Assembly: GCA_041391605.1 (NCBI GenBank)
Contig: JAWKNQ010000007.1
Coordinates: 23,195 to 87,194, forward strand
Length of the DNA stretch: 64,000 nt
DNA from: Bacteroidia bacterium
GTDB lineage: Bacteria > Bacteroidota > Bacteroidia > NS11-12g > UBA955
Direction: 5' to 3'
The first letter of the stretch is position 1. The number at the start of each line of letters is the position of its first letter. The position numbers and the translations under genes are program-made. Under the pieces are notes generated by a model. The model saw only the letters and a list, made by a program, of their open reading frames with translations. It was not told where the DNA came from and made no database searches. Below are positions 28,887 to 39,304 of this stretch, one piece after another.

Positions 28887-30732
28887 TGGAAATAATTTGC
28901 TTTCCAGAAACTATGCGGTAATGATAAATTCCAGTAGTCAATCTAGATGTATTGATAAATGCTTTTTGCAATCCCTTATTCTGAAACTCTTTAAGTGTTA
29001 GAATAAGCTTACCAGTATTATCTAAAATAGTAATAACAACTTCAGAGTCTGAATGAATTTCAAATGGCAATGTCAAAACGTCTTTCACAGGATTCGGATA
29101 GGCATTAAAATCATTTTTCATAGCTTGCTGGTGTTGAACCCCAACTTCTGGATCGTTTACACTAATTTTACTCACCCAAGTTCCAACAGCATTTGTGCTT
29201 TTACCATATGATCCAACTACCCAAAACTCATTTTTAACATTGTATCTTCTTTGAATTGATGTGTAATCGCCCCATCTTTCAGCAGTATCTGCAATAAAAC
29301 TGTTGATATAACCTTCACCTTCCTTAAACATAACCAAATCAGAATATTCGCCATCGTTGTCAAAATAAACAATAGTGCTACCTGGGTAGGTATTCTCTCC
29401 ACTGTGTGAAAATGTGATTAAACTTTGCTTTCCAAACACTTCATTTCCGGCGGAAACTATAGTAGGATACGCGAAATCAAGCGTGTCGTTAGAAATAATA
29501 TTTGCCGTAACTGTTGGCAATGGGTTGTCTGGAAATTGAATAATACCGTGGTAAATTGAGGATTTACCGTTAATGGTATTCATACTCGTTTGCACAAATT
29601 GTATTTTATTATTCACATAGAATGCACCTAAAACTCTTGCATCATTCGTTTGCAATCGAAACCCTTGTTGCTTTTGTGGTGCTTCTGGTGGTAATCCATA
29701 CTTTTTATCCGATTTCAATACTTTATAAGAGTACTCTGGGTTTCCATGGCTGTAATTGTGGTTAATACTGTGCAAGAAAACAGTGTCATTGCTTGCATCT
29801 CCAGGACGCACTGACAAAAAATACAAACCTTCCTTTCCGGGTTGAAAAGCATCTTGAACTGGACAAATACTCCAAATTGATTTACCATTGTGCTTGATAT
29901 TACTCCATAAATTGAATTTCATGGTGTCTGCAGAATACCCTTTTATTTTAGGCAATTGCCAAATTACTGATTCCGTAAACCCTTCTCTCCAATCGGTGTT
30001 GTCTTTTAAAATATTAACAGTGATGAATAAGTCTTCTCCGTTAATGGCAATCATAGGATAATCGGTCCAATAGGTTCCTCCAAAAGGATTGCCGTTTAAT
30101 TGATAGACATTCCAACCATCTAAAGGGTTATTCGTTTTACTAAACGCAACAATAATTCTTGTATCAGAACTTAAACTCCCTTCTAAGTAAACGATAATAA
30201 AACGATTGGCTACTGGATCAAAAACTATTTTTGGATCATAACTTCTATCTAGGGCACCAATAACAGTATCGGGATGAGTGTTTTTTGGGTCTTTAGGGAA
30301 AAACTCCAAACTCCAATTTTTAAGAAACTTACCACTGCTCGAATACACACGAATAAAAGTATTTAACACGCTAATCACCATACTATCGTTGTTAATGGCC
30401 ATGTTATTATCATTAGGAGTTCCTTCATTTAAAGCTCCTGAAAAACCCATTTCAACTTGTGGACTTAAAGCAGATCTTTTTATTGACTGAGGGAAATGTG
30501 TGCTTGATAAGCGTTCCCTTCTTTGATTTGCTTGATATATTATGGCTGGATCTATTCCTGCTGGAACAGGATACGAGGTATTCACATTATATATGCCATT
30601 CTGGATACTTGGCAAACTATCGGGTTCAAACACATTATGCAAAGGGGCAGTGCCTTTAGTTAGGATTACTCCGTTCTGGGCATTTAACACACCAAATCCG
30701 AGGCACATCATCCATAAAGTCAATTTTCTCAT
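28864..30732 (-). CDS. T9SS type A CTD-containing secreted protein (function unknown)
   Basis: Signal peptide MRKLTLWMMCLGFGVLNAQ; C-terminal YPNPVKDVLTL...GIYHYRIVSGKQIISNGSFSKQ sorting domain. Confidence 0.6.
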   Translation of the reverse strand: MRKLTLWMMCLGFGVLNAQNGVILTKGTAPLHNVFEPDSLPSIQNGIYNVNTSYPVPAGIDPAIIYQANQRRERLSSTHFPQSIKRSALSPQVEMGFSGALNEGTPNDNNMAINNDSMVISVLNTFIRVYSSSGKFLKNWSLEFFPKDPKNTHPDTVIGALDRSYDPKIVFDPVANRFIIVYLEGSLSSDTRIIVAFSKTNNPLDGWNVYQLNGNPFGGTYWTDYPMIAINGEDLFITVNILKDNTDWREGFTESVIWQLPKIKGYSADTMKFNLWSNIKHNGKSIWSICPVQDAFQPGKEGLYFLSVRPGDASNDTVFLHSINHNYSHGNPEYSYKVLKSDKKYGLPPEAPQKQQGFRLQTNDARVLGAFYVNNKIQFVQTSMNTINGKSSIYHGIIQFPDNPLPTVTANIISNDTLDFAYPTIVSAGNEVFGKQSLITFSHSGENTYPGSTIVYFDNDGEYSDLVMFKEGEGYINSFIADTAERWGDYTSIQRRYNVKNEFWVVGSYGKSTNAVGTWVSKISVNDPEVGVQHQQAMKNDFNAYPNPVKDVLTLPFEIHSDSEVVITILDNTGKLILTLKEFQNKGLQKAFINTSRLTTGIYHYRIVSGKQIISNGSFSKQ

Positions 30733-30963
30733 GTCACAAAAATAACACAAGATTCTGATATATTTAACGTTAAGACTATAAGATTACTCGACATTGCACA
30801 CATTGTCGCTAACAATTTAAGGCTTATTTGAATTCAACTTTATTCTAAGTGATTGATAAAATGAATTTTCACTTGATTTTAAAAGCAGAATAACTGTTGT
30901 TTTGTGAGCACACTTTGTTTAAAACTCCTTTTGCAACAGAGAAGGGTAATTGTTTAATTTGCA

Positions 30964-32200
30964 TTGAAAATCATGATCATCCGAAGTTCCCCAAAAATCT
31001 TGTTCATTATACTCTTAAGTGTATTAACATTTGATATTTACGCGCAAAAAACTGCAGCAAATGAAGACAAGATAAAATTGTATAACACTGCAATTGAACT
31101 CTATGACAAACAGCTTTACAATGCGGCTATCTCCAATTTTATGGATTACTTGCCATTTGCATCTGATGCTGTTAACATTAGCGATGTTGAATATTACATC
31201 GCTAGTTGCAAGTTAAAACTGCTGCACAACAATGCACTTTCAAATATGTTGGATTTTATCGACCGTTACCCAAATAGTCGTAAAATAAATAATGCGAACC
31301 TCGAAGTTGGTGATTATTATTTTAACATTAAAAAGACAAGAAGTGCGCTTTCGTATTATAAAAAAGTAGATTTATATGGCTTAAGTAAGGAAGACAAACA
31401 AAGGTTTTATTACCGCAGATAGTATTCATACATGAAATCAAACAAGTACGATGATGCTCGTGAATCTCTTTATCCCCTTACGACAACAGAAAACCCATAC
31501 AGAACTGAAGCCACCTATTATTACGGGTATTGCAGTTATATGGAAAAGGACTACAACAAAGCGCTTTTAGCCTTTAAAATGGTTGAAAACAAAAACATTG
31601 GCGCTGTTCAATTATACATTGCAGAAATCTATTATTTGAAAGATGATCACCAAAAAGCAATCGACTACGCATCCGGAAAGACTTCGGTGAATTGAACAAA
31701 AACCGCGATATGTTACTCGGTAAATCTTATTACCGATTGGGTGACTACAAAAACGCTCAAGAATTCTTCGAAAGAAGTAACTACAAAATAGCTGATCTCA
31801 CTAATGCTGAAGCCTATGAAATTGATACACCTATTACTCAAATAAAAACTGTATTAAAAGTTCTGAGCTTTTCGAAAAGATTGCGAATACTGGAGATGCA
31901 ATGGCTCAAAGTGCGAGTTATCACTTAGGTGATTGCTTTCTTAAAGTTGGCAAGAAACAAAATGCTTTTAACGCTTTCTTTGAAGCTCAACGCACCGACT
32001 TTGATAAGAAAATCCAAGAAGAAGCTATGTTTACCTTTGCAAAACTCGCTCAGGAATTGGAGTTTAACAATAAGGCCATCGCCGCCTACCAGCGTTTTAA
32101 AGAACTGTTTCCACTGTCGTCTTACAAGAATGAGGTTGGAAAAACTTGGCCACCCTTCTATACAGCAGTAACGATTATAAAACAGCAATTGATGTTTTAG
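30964..32200 (+). pseudogene. Decayed N-terminal ~400 codons of a large TPR-repeat protein (in-frame TAG at 31420-31422 plus 3 frameshifts)
   Basis: Four successive TPR-containing ORFs in different frames (30964-31422, 31432-31695, 31692-31928, 31901-32200); signal peptide at 30964. Confidence 0.5.
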
Positions 32201-33987
32201 AAGAAATGAAGATTTCGGATGAGTCGACTAAAGAATTATATCAAAAAATCTTGTTTTTAAGAGCACAAGAATTATACATTCAAAAAGACATGAGCAATGC
32301 CGAAGAAATGTTTAAACGTTCTTTAGCCAATAAAGTTGACAATGGTATTGCTGGGCAATGTTATTTTTGGTTAGGTGAAATTGAATACTTGCGTCAACGC
32401 AATGACAATGCTAGAACTTACTACCAGAAATTCCTTGACAATGCTGAGTCGAAAAAGACCAGTTATTATCCAAATGCGATATACGGAATTGGGTATACTT
32501 ATTACAAGCAAAAAAAATACGCCGAAGCTTCAAATTACTTCAACAAATACAAACAAAGCATTGGCTATACCCTTCCTGAAAACATGTTTCACGATGCCAC
32601 TATGCGTTTAGGCGATTGTTATTTTGCAATTTCAAATTACAACGCAGCATTAGATGCATATACCTATATTATAAGTAATAGAAAAAGTGGTGCCGACTAC
32701 GCCATGTTCCAACAAGGTATGATCTATGGTCTTCAAGGTAAGTCTACAGCTAAGATTAATATCCTTAAAAAAATCTCTCGCGATTACCCGAATTCATTAT
32801 TTATTCCTGAAGCCATTTTCCAAACCGGTGAAGTGTATTTGTCGCTAGAGAATTACATTGAATCAGAAAGGAACTACAAATACTTAATTACTGATTATCC
32901 GAATAGTCCTCTTGTTAAAGAATCTCACGTGAAACTGAGCAGTATTTACTACATCCAAGGCGAATACGACAAGGCAATTGATGAGTACAAATACATTGCT
33001 TCTACTTATCCTGGAACTCCAGAAGCTCAAAAAGCCATTAAAAATGCTGAAACCGCATACAAAAAGAAAAGCGATGTAAAATCTTATGTAGAATGGGTAA
33101 AAACTTTACCGAATGTCAACATCAGCACAAGTCAAGAAGACAGTTTGTATTACGATGTAGCTTACAGAAAATATAATTTAGGCAAATATCAGGAAGCTAA
33201 TCGCGACTTCAAAGAATACCTGAATAATTTCAGTGATGGATATTTTACGCTTCACGCTCATTACTATTCTGGGTTGAGTTACTTACAACTTAAGGATACC
33301 AACAATTGCATCTCTGAGCTAAAATACATCGCTGATTATCAAAACTCGGAATTCAAAGAGAATGCACTTTTACAATTGTGTAACATCTACACAAAACGCA
33401 ACGACTGCCTTTCGGGACAAGCCTACTTTGAATTGCTTGAAAAATACAGCAGCAACACGGTTTCTTCGCGTAAGGCAATCTTTGGCCAAATGGTGTGTTT
33501 AAATAAGAACAAGAACTATGAGAAAGCCAAAATCAAAGCTGAACAACTTCTTAAGTACGATTTGCTTACCAATACTGAAAAAGGAGAGTCTAATAATACC
33601 ATTGCACGTTATTACCTAAATGACAGTTTATATAAAGTTGCCTCTGTTTATTTTGGACGCACCTTAAAAAACCAACAGGATGTGTATGCAGCTGAAGCAA
33701 AATACTATGAGGGATACTCTAGGTTTATGCAAGACAGCTTGGATAAATGCCGCAAGAGTATAATGGAGTTTAACAACCAGTTTAATAACTATGATTTCTG
33801 GCTTGGTAAAACCTTTATTTTGTTATCCGACTATTATCTAAAGAAAGGCGAAGAATTCCAATCCAAAGCAACCTTGAACAGTGTTTTAGAAAACTTTACA
33901 AATCCTGAAATATTAGCAATCGCTCGTGAAAAACTAAGCTTACTAGAAGCTAAGAATAAGTCGAAAGCCAAACCCCAAGGCGACTAA
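32146..33987 (+). CDS. Tetratricopeptide-repeat protein (major intact C-terminal part of the ~1000-aa TPR gene)
   Basis: 613 aa of tandem TPR motifs (YxxA...Y...G pattern). Confidence 0.6.
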   Translation: MATLLYSSNDYKTAIDVLEEMKISDESTKELYQKILFLRAQELYIQKDMSNAEEMFKRSLANKVDNGIAGQCYFWLGEIEYLRQRNDNARTYYQKFLDNAESKKTSYYPNAIYGIGYTYYKQKKYAEASNYFNKYKQSIGYTLPENMFHDATMRLGDCYFAISNYNAALDAYTYIISNRKSGADYAMFQQGMIYGLQGKSTAKINILKKISRDYPNSLFIPEAIFQTGEVYLSLENYIESERNYKYLITDYPNSPLVKESHVKLSSIYYIQGEYDKAIDEYKYIASTYPGTPEAQKAIKNAETAYKKKSDVKSYVEWVKTLPNVNISTSQEDSLYYDVAYRKYNLGKYQEANRDFKEYLNNFSDGYFTLHAHYYSGLSYLQLKDTNNCISELKYIADYQNSEFKENALLQLCNIYTKRNDCLSGQAYFELLEKYSSNTVSSRKAIFGQMVCLNKNKNYEKAKIKAEQLLKYDLLTNTEKGESNNTIARYYLNDSLYKVASVYFGRTLKNQQDVYAAEAKYYEGYSRFMQDSLDKCRKSIMEFNNQFNNYDFWLGKTFILLSDYYLKKGEEFQSKATLNSVLENFTNPEILAIAREKLSLLEAKNKSKAKPQGD

Positions 33988-34068
33988 GACATTTACTCTA
34001 TTTCAAGACCCCGTATCTTTACTTGAAAAGGATTAACCACATTTTCGAACTATATTTGTTCGGTTTTT

Positions 34069-35610
34069 ATGCCTCAAGAAGTTGAACTTAAACTCAATCC
34101 TGATAAAGCTTTTGATGAGCTATATATCCGTAATGAGCTTGCTCGACAATTGAAAATTGAACTTACTCAAATCAAAGCAGTAAAATACCTTCGTCGCTCT
34201 ATTGACGCACGAAAGAAACCCATCTATTTACTTCGTGTCAAAGTTTATCAAATACATGAAGCAATCGAAGATGATTTAAAAGGATTTGATTTAAGAAAAC
34301 AAACTCTAAAAAAACGCATAGCCATTATCGGTTTCGGACCAGCAGGTATGTTCGCAGCTTTGCAATTGATTGAAAACGGGTACCTGCCAATTGTGATTGA
34401 ACGCGGTAAAACGGTTAAAGACAGAAGACGCGATTTAGCTGCTTTGAATAAAGAATTACAAGTAAACCCTGAAAGTAATTACTGTTTCGGTGAAGGTGGT
34501 GCAGGAACATACAGCGATGGAAAACTATACACCAGAAGTAAAAAACGAGGCAATGTCCTGAAGGTTCTGCAAACTTTTGTGGATCACGGAGCAGACCAAG
34601 ATATATTAGTTAATGCCCATCCGCACATCGGCACAAATAAATTGCCTGGCATAATTGAAAACATTAGAGAACATATCCTTGAATTTGGAGGCGAAATTCA
34701 TTTCAACAGCAAACTCACGAATTTCAAAACGATAGAAAACAAAATTTCCTCAATAGAAATAAATGGAGCAAAAGAAATGGAAGTAGATGCCGTTATTCTT
34801 GCTACTGGTCATTCAGCTCGAGATATTTTTGAATTGTTGCACAGTAAACAGATTGAGATTGAAGCAAAGCCATTTGCCTTAGGAGCTCGCATTGAACATC
34901 CTCAAGAACTCATCGATCAAATTCAATACAAAGTACAAGACCGTGGTGAATATTTACCTCCTGCTTCCTATAGCATGGTCACTCAAGCTGCAGGAAATGG
35001 TGTATTCTCATTTTGTATGTGTCCGGGTGGAATAATTGCTCCTGCTGCCACAGATACGAAAGAAGTAGTCGTGAATGGATGGAGTCCGAGTAAACGCAAC
35101 GGACGCTTTGCCAACAGTGGCATGGTTGTAACGGTAAATCCAGAACACTGGCAGAAGAATTATGGAGAAGGACCTTTAGCAGCCCTTAACTTACAGAAAC
35201 AAATCGAATTCGCGGCTTTTGAAGTCAATAAAAGTATAGTTGCTCCTGCACAGCGAATGGTTGATTTTATTCGCAATAAACACTCAGGTGATTTACCTGA
35301 ATGCAGTTATATTCCAGGAGTTAGTGCCTACAACTTACACGATATACTTCCTAAATTTATTGGGCGTTCTCTGGCTGAAGGTCTCTCTCATTTTGGTAAA
35401 AGTGCTAAGGGGTATTTAAGTGATCAAGCCATCTTGGTTGGTGTTGAGAGCAGAACATCCTCTCCTGTTCGTATCCCGAGAAATAAAGAGAATTTCAGAC
35501 ATGTACAAATAGAAAACTTATTTCCTTGCGGTGAAGGTGCTGGTTATGCTGGAGGAATAGTAAGTGCAGCCTTAGATGGAATGGCTTGTGCTGAAGTTGT
35601 TGCGCTGTAA
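34069..35610 (+). CDS. NAD(P)/FAD-dependent oxidoreductase (COG2509-like FAD-dependent protein)
   Basis: IAIIGFGPAGMFAALQL Rossmann motif; 513 aa. Confidence 0.7.
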   Translation: MPQEVELKLNPDKAFDELYIRNELARQLKIELTQIKAVKYLRRSIDARKKPIYLLRVKVYQIHEAIEDDLKGFDLRKQTLKKRIAIIGFGPAGMFAALQLIENGYLPIVIERGKTVKDRRRDLAALNKELQVNPESNYCFGEGGAGTYSDGKLYTRSKKRGNVLKVLQTFVDHGADQDILVNAHPHIGTNKLPGIIENIREHILEFGGEIHFNSKLTNFKTIENKISSIEINGAKEMEVDAVILATGHSARDIFELLHSKQIEIEAKPFALGARIEHPQELIDQIQYKVQDRGEYLPPASYSMVTQAAGNGVFSFCMCPGGIIAPAATDTKEVVVNGWSPSKRNGRFANSGMVVTVNPEHWQKNYGEGPLAALNLQKQIEFAAFEVNKSIVAPAQRMVDFIRNKHSGDLPECSYIPGVSAYNLHDILPKFIGRSLAEGLSHFGKSAKGYLSDQAILVGVESRTSSPVRIPRNKENFRHVQIENLFPCGEGAGYAGGIVSAALDGMACAEVVAL

Positions 35611-38600
35611 TTAACGCATCAGCATAAACATTTGCTCGTATGCTTGCATAACGCCCTTAAATGGCACTATTTGAACGCGACAGAGGTAAGCGCCTTCCAT
35701 ACACAACTCGCCGTTGTAATATCCATCCCAACCTTTTGTAATATCATTCGTTTCATAAAGTTTTTCTCCCCAACGGTTGAAAATCTCCATCTTGAATTCG
35801 AATACAAACTTACTGCCCAATCCTCTGTATATGTTGTTGTGCACATCGCCATTCGGACTGAAAGCATTAGGTAGATAGTAGAAGAAATCAGGGATAATCA
35901 TGCCAGTGTTTCTAACAAATGTATCTGAACATCCAGCATCAGTGAATGCAACTAGAGACACATTGTATCTTCCAGTATCTTCAAATATTCCAATTGGATG
36001 TTCTTCTGAGCTTCCAGTCTGATTGCCAAAATCCCATTCATAAGAAGTGGAGTTACTAGAGGATTTGTTGTTAAACTTAAACCTCGATTGATCCTGTTGT
36101 ACGGTTGGCAACTGATTAAAGTCGAAGTTGGCTTTCGGCTTTTCGTCAACTCGAGCTGCTGAAGCCACAAAAACTGTATCAGAACACATATACTCCGAGA
36201 ATGAAATTAATTGAACATCATACAAGCCTGCAAATGCGTAATTATGCTGTGGTGAAGGAACACCAGAACTAGTAAAGTCGCCGAAATCCCAAAGATATGT
36301 GCTTACGGTTCCACTTGAAATACTACTTGTATTCGTAAATTGAACTGGCTCAGGGAAACACACATCTTCCGCAGTGAAGCTTGTTACTGGATGTGGGTGA
36401 ATCACGACATCAACTGTGCTTGTATCTTGACAACCTATCGAAGATTCAGTTATTAAAGTCACGCTGTAATTTCCATCCTTAGAAAACTGCATTGGAGCTG
36501 GATCTATTCCGTTAGAGGTTTGACCATCGCCGTATATCCATTTAGCTGTAACAAAGCTTACTTTCGGGTTGGTGTTCAAGTTCGAGAAGTCAAATGCATT
36601 GCCTTTCCAACATTGTGAATCGTTCTCAGCAAATTGAATTTTTGAGTTTCTAGTATCCTCAAGGTAGATATAACGATAAGTAGTGTCTGCACAGCCATTG
36701 TTTGAAATCACAGCCAAGCGGACTTGATGTGTTTCTGGATCTATGAACTGCTTACCTAAGAAATCAGTATTTGTGCCTGTTTCTAAATCATCAAACCACC
36801 AATCTTGGGTAAACGTACCAGAAGCAATTTGACTTGTATTCGTAAAGTCGAATCGGTGTTCATTTAAGCACTGATCGGTATCGTTGATGTTAAAACTGGC
36901 TATTGGAGTTGGATGAAAACCAATTGGATAATCGAAAGAATCTAAGCAGTTGTAATTTGTATTTACAAGCAATTTAATGGTATATCCAGCTTCAGTTGAA
37001 TATGTTTTAGTAGGATTTGTTGCTGTATCGCTGCTTCCATCTCCAAAATCCCATGTGTATTCCATTGTACCAAACTTCACATTCGATTGGTTGTTCAAGT
37101 TGAATTCATTTGACCTGAAACACTGTGAATCTAGATTCATAGAGAAATTCACATTGGCATGTGGTGCTGGAATAACCACCTTAATTGCAGTGTCAAAACA
37201 GTTAGTTAGCGTAGAATAAGTCACCAAACTCACATTATAAAAGTCGGGAGTGTTGTAAGTCGCGTCTTGAGGAGTAAACCCTTGATGCTTTATTCCATTA
37301 TCATAATCCCACCAGTAACTCAAGGTATTCATTGCACTGAAATCAGTGGTGTTGTTAAATTGGAACAAATGTCCATTGAAACATTGAATCGAATCGTTAA
37401 TTGTAAAGTCGGAGATTGGACGCTCTAACAATGCCACCATGTGTTGCATAGAATCACTGCATCCATTATCGCTAACTGCCTTGTATTTGATTAAATAGGA
37501 AGCAGACGTATTTGGATAATTCTTAGTTATTGGCGTAAAATCAGATGAGTAAGTATTATCTCCAAAATCCCAGGAGTTGCTTAAACTTCCATATTTTAAG
37601 GTTGTATTGTTGTTGATGACAAAGTAATTCTTTTGCCAGCATTGACTGTCATTTGGAACTGTAAAGTCTACCATTGGTTGAGCAAATGTGATAGCCATTT
37701 GGTTAAAAGTGTCTTTACAATTTAAATCAGAAGTGGTGATTAACTGAACATCAAATGTGTCTTCTGTTGCGTATGAGTATCCATTCACGTCTCGACTTGT
37801 GAATCCATTGTTATCGCCCATAAACCAGCGGTATATACTAATATTACCCGATGCAATCGTGCTGTTGTTTGTAAAGTTAAAGATATTGTCTTTAAAACAT
37901 TGTTTGTCTTTGTCAATTGCGAATTCAGCTTTCGGACTCACATTCAATACAACTTGTTGTATACTTGTGTCTCGGCATTGATTCTCACTGCTGCTAATTA
38001 ATCGAATGTCGTAGGTTCCTGCATTTAAATAGGTAATTCTCACATTGGTATCCGTACTTGAATTTCCATCACCAAAATCCCATTGATACGTGAGGTCGCC
38101 ATATTTCAGTTTGGATTGATTCACTAGATCAAAGTCTTGTTGATTAAAACACTGAATACTGTTATTGATTGAGAACAAGGCTGTCGGCTGTGCAAAGGTA
38201 TACACCATGCTTGACAAAGTATCTTTACAAGCATTGTCTGAACTCACCACTAACTGAACAGTGAAACTGTCTTCTGAGTTGTAGTGTTTGTTCGCAACAT
38301 CTTGTGTAGTTGCACTTGTATTGTCACCAAAGGTCCAATTGTATTGCGTGATACTTCCGTTTGTGATTGAGGAACCACTTGTGAAGTTAAAGGAGTTGTT
38401 TCTGTAACATTGTTTGTCCTTATCTACTGTAAATTTGGCAATAGGACTAGCAAACACAGTAACAAGTTTGGTAAGTGTGTCTTTACAATCTAAGTTTGTT
38501 GTACTTATTAATTCTACGGTGTATGCTCCAGCTTTTGTATACTTATGTGTAGCGTTTGTATTGATGGAAGTAATGTTATCACCGAAATTCCATATAAAAT

Positions 38601-38961
38601 TCTGGCTTCCAGTTTTCACACTTGAGTTATTGGTAAATGAATATAAATTTTGATCTAGACATTGATTCGAAAGTGAAACACTAAAATCAGCTATTCCTTG
38701 AGGATGCGTTACAACTAACATTTGAGTTGTGTCCATACAGTTCAAATCGGATGTTCCAATTAATCGAACTGTAAAACTATCTTCTGTATCATAATTGTGA
38801 TTGGCTACTGACTTCAATCGTGAAGAATCTCCATTTCCAAATGTCCATAGGTAATCCAAGAGTTGACCTTTCTTAATGGTAGAATTATTCGTGAAATTAA
38901 ACGCATTGTTTCTGAAACATTGTTGTTGAAAGTCGACTAAACTTAACATCTGGATATCCAC
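35611..38961 (-). CDS. C-terminal part of a giant PKD-repeat gliding-type adhesin with T9SS type B (gliding motility-associated) C-terminal domain
   Basis: >10 PKD-like repeats (WDFGDG / NFTNNS / QCF motifs); terminal PNAFSPNGDVHNN...IFNRWGEKLYE...WDGYYNG type B CTD. GTG start is an artefact of disruption. Confidence 0.65.
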   Translation of the reverse strand: MDIQMLSLVDFQQQCFRNNAFNFTNNSTIKKGQLLDYLWTFGNGDSSRLKSVANHNYDTEDSFTVRLIGTSDLNCMDTTQMLVVTHPQGIADFSVSLSNQCLDQNLYSFTNNSSVKTGSQNFIWNFGDNITSINTNATHKYTKAGAYTVELISTTNLDCKDTLTKLVTVFASPIAKFTVDKDKQCYRNNSFNFTSGSSITNGSITQYNWTFGDNTSATTQDVANKHYNSEDSFTVQLVVSSDNACKDTLSSMVYTFAQPTALFSINNSIQCFNQQDFDLVNQSKLKYGDLTYQWDFGDGNSSTDTNVRITYLNAGTYDIRLISSSENQCRDTSIQQVVLNVSPKAEFAIDKDKQCFKDNIFNFTNNSTIASGNISIYRWFMGDNNGFTSRDVNGYSYATEDTFDVQLITTSDLNCKDTFNQMAITFAQPMVDFTVPNDSQCWQKNYFVINNNTTLKYGSLSNSWDFGDNTYSSDFTPITKNYPNTSASYLIKYKAVSDNGCSDSMQHMVALLERPISDFTINDSIQCFNGHLFQFNNTTDFSAMNTLSYWWDYDNGIKHQGFTPQDATYNTPDFYNVSLVTYSTLTNCFDTAIKVVIPAPHANVNFSMNLDSQCFRSNEFNLNNQSNVKFGTMEYTWDFGDGSSDTATNPTKTYSTEAGYTIKLLVNTNYNCLDSFDYPIGFHPTPIASFNINDTDQCLNEHRFDFTNTSQIASGTFTQDWWFDDLETGTNTDFLGKQFIDPETHQVRLAVISNNGCADTTYRYIYLEDTRNSKIQFAENDSQCWKGNAFDFSNLNTNPKVSFVTAKWIYGDGQTSNGIDPAPMQFSKDGNYSVTLITESSIGCQDTSTVDVVIHPHPVTSFTAEDVCFPEPVQFTNTSSISSGTVSTYLWDFGDFTSSGVPSPQHNYAFAGLYDVQLISFSEYMCSDTVFVASAARVDEKPKANFDFNQLPTVQQDQSRFKFNNKSSSNSTSYEWDFGNQTGSSEEHPIGIFEDTGRYNVSLVAFTDAGCSDTFVRNTGMIIPDFFYYLPNAFSPNGDVHNNIYRGLGSKFVFEFKMEIFNRWGEKLYETNDITKGWDGYYNGELCMEGAYLCRVQIVPFKGVMQAYEQMFMLMR

Positions 38962-39304
38962 CTAAGTAAACATTTTTACTTGCAGAGGCTTTACAACCAA
39001 CAGAGGTGGTGGTAGATAGGTTTACACTGTAAACAGAATCTGTTGCAAATACGATATTGGTTAGATTGCTATCCGTACTGAACTTCCATCACTTAATGCC
39101 CAATTGTAATTCAAACTGCCATTAAATTGTGTGGTATTTGTAAAATCAAATGAATGACCGACAAAGCACTGAGTATCTTTATTAATTACAAAATCGACAA
39201 TAGGAGTTTCCATTCACAAAGAATTTTCAATTGTATTCCTACAACCCAAAGGCGACCAAACGGATAATTTGACTTTGTTACTACCGTATTTGGTAAATGC
39301 CTTA

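Noticed and set aside
39214-39216. In-frame TGA read as Trp (genetic code 4) giving a continuous PKD adhesin
   Set aside because: All housekeeping ORFs are long and intact under the standard code. Code 4 would fragment them or predict many TGA-Trp codons, which is not observed. The neighbouring lesions are TAA codons and frameshifts.
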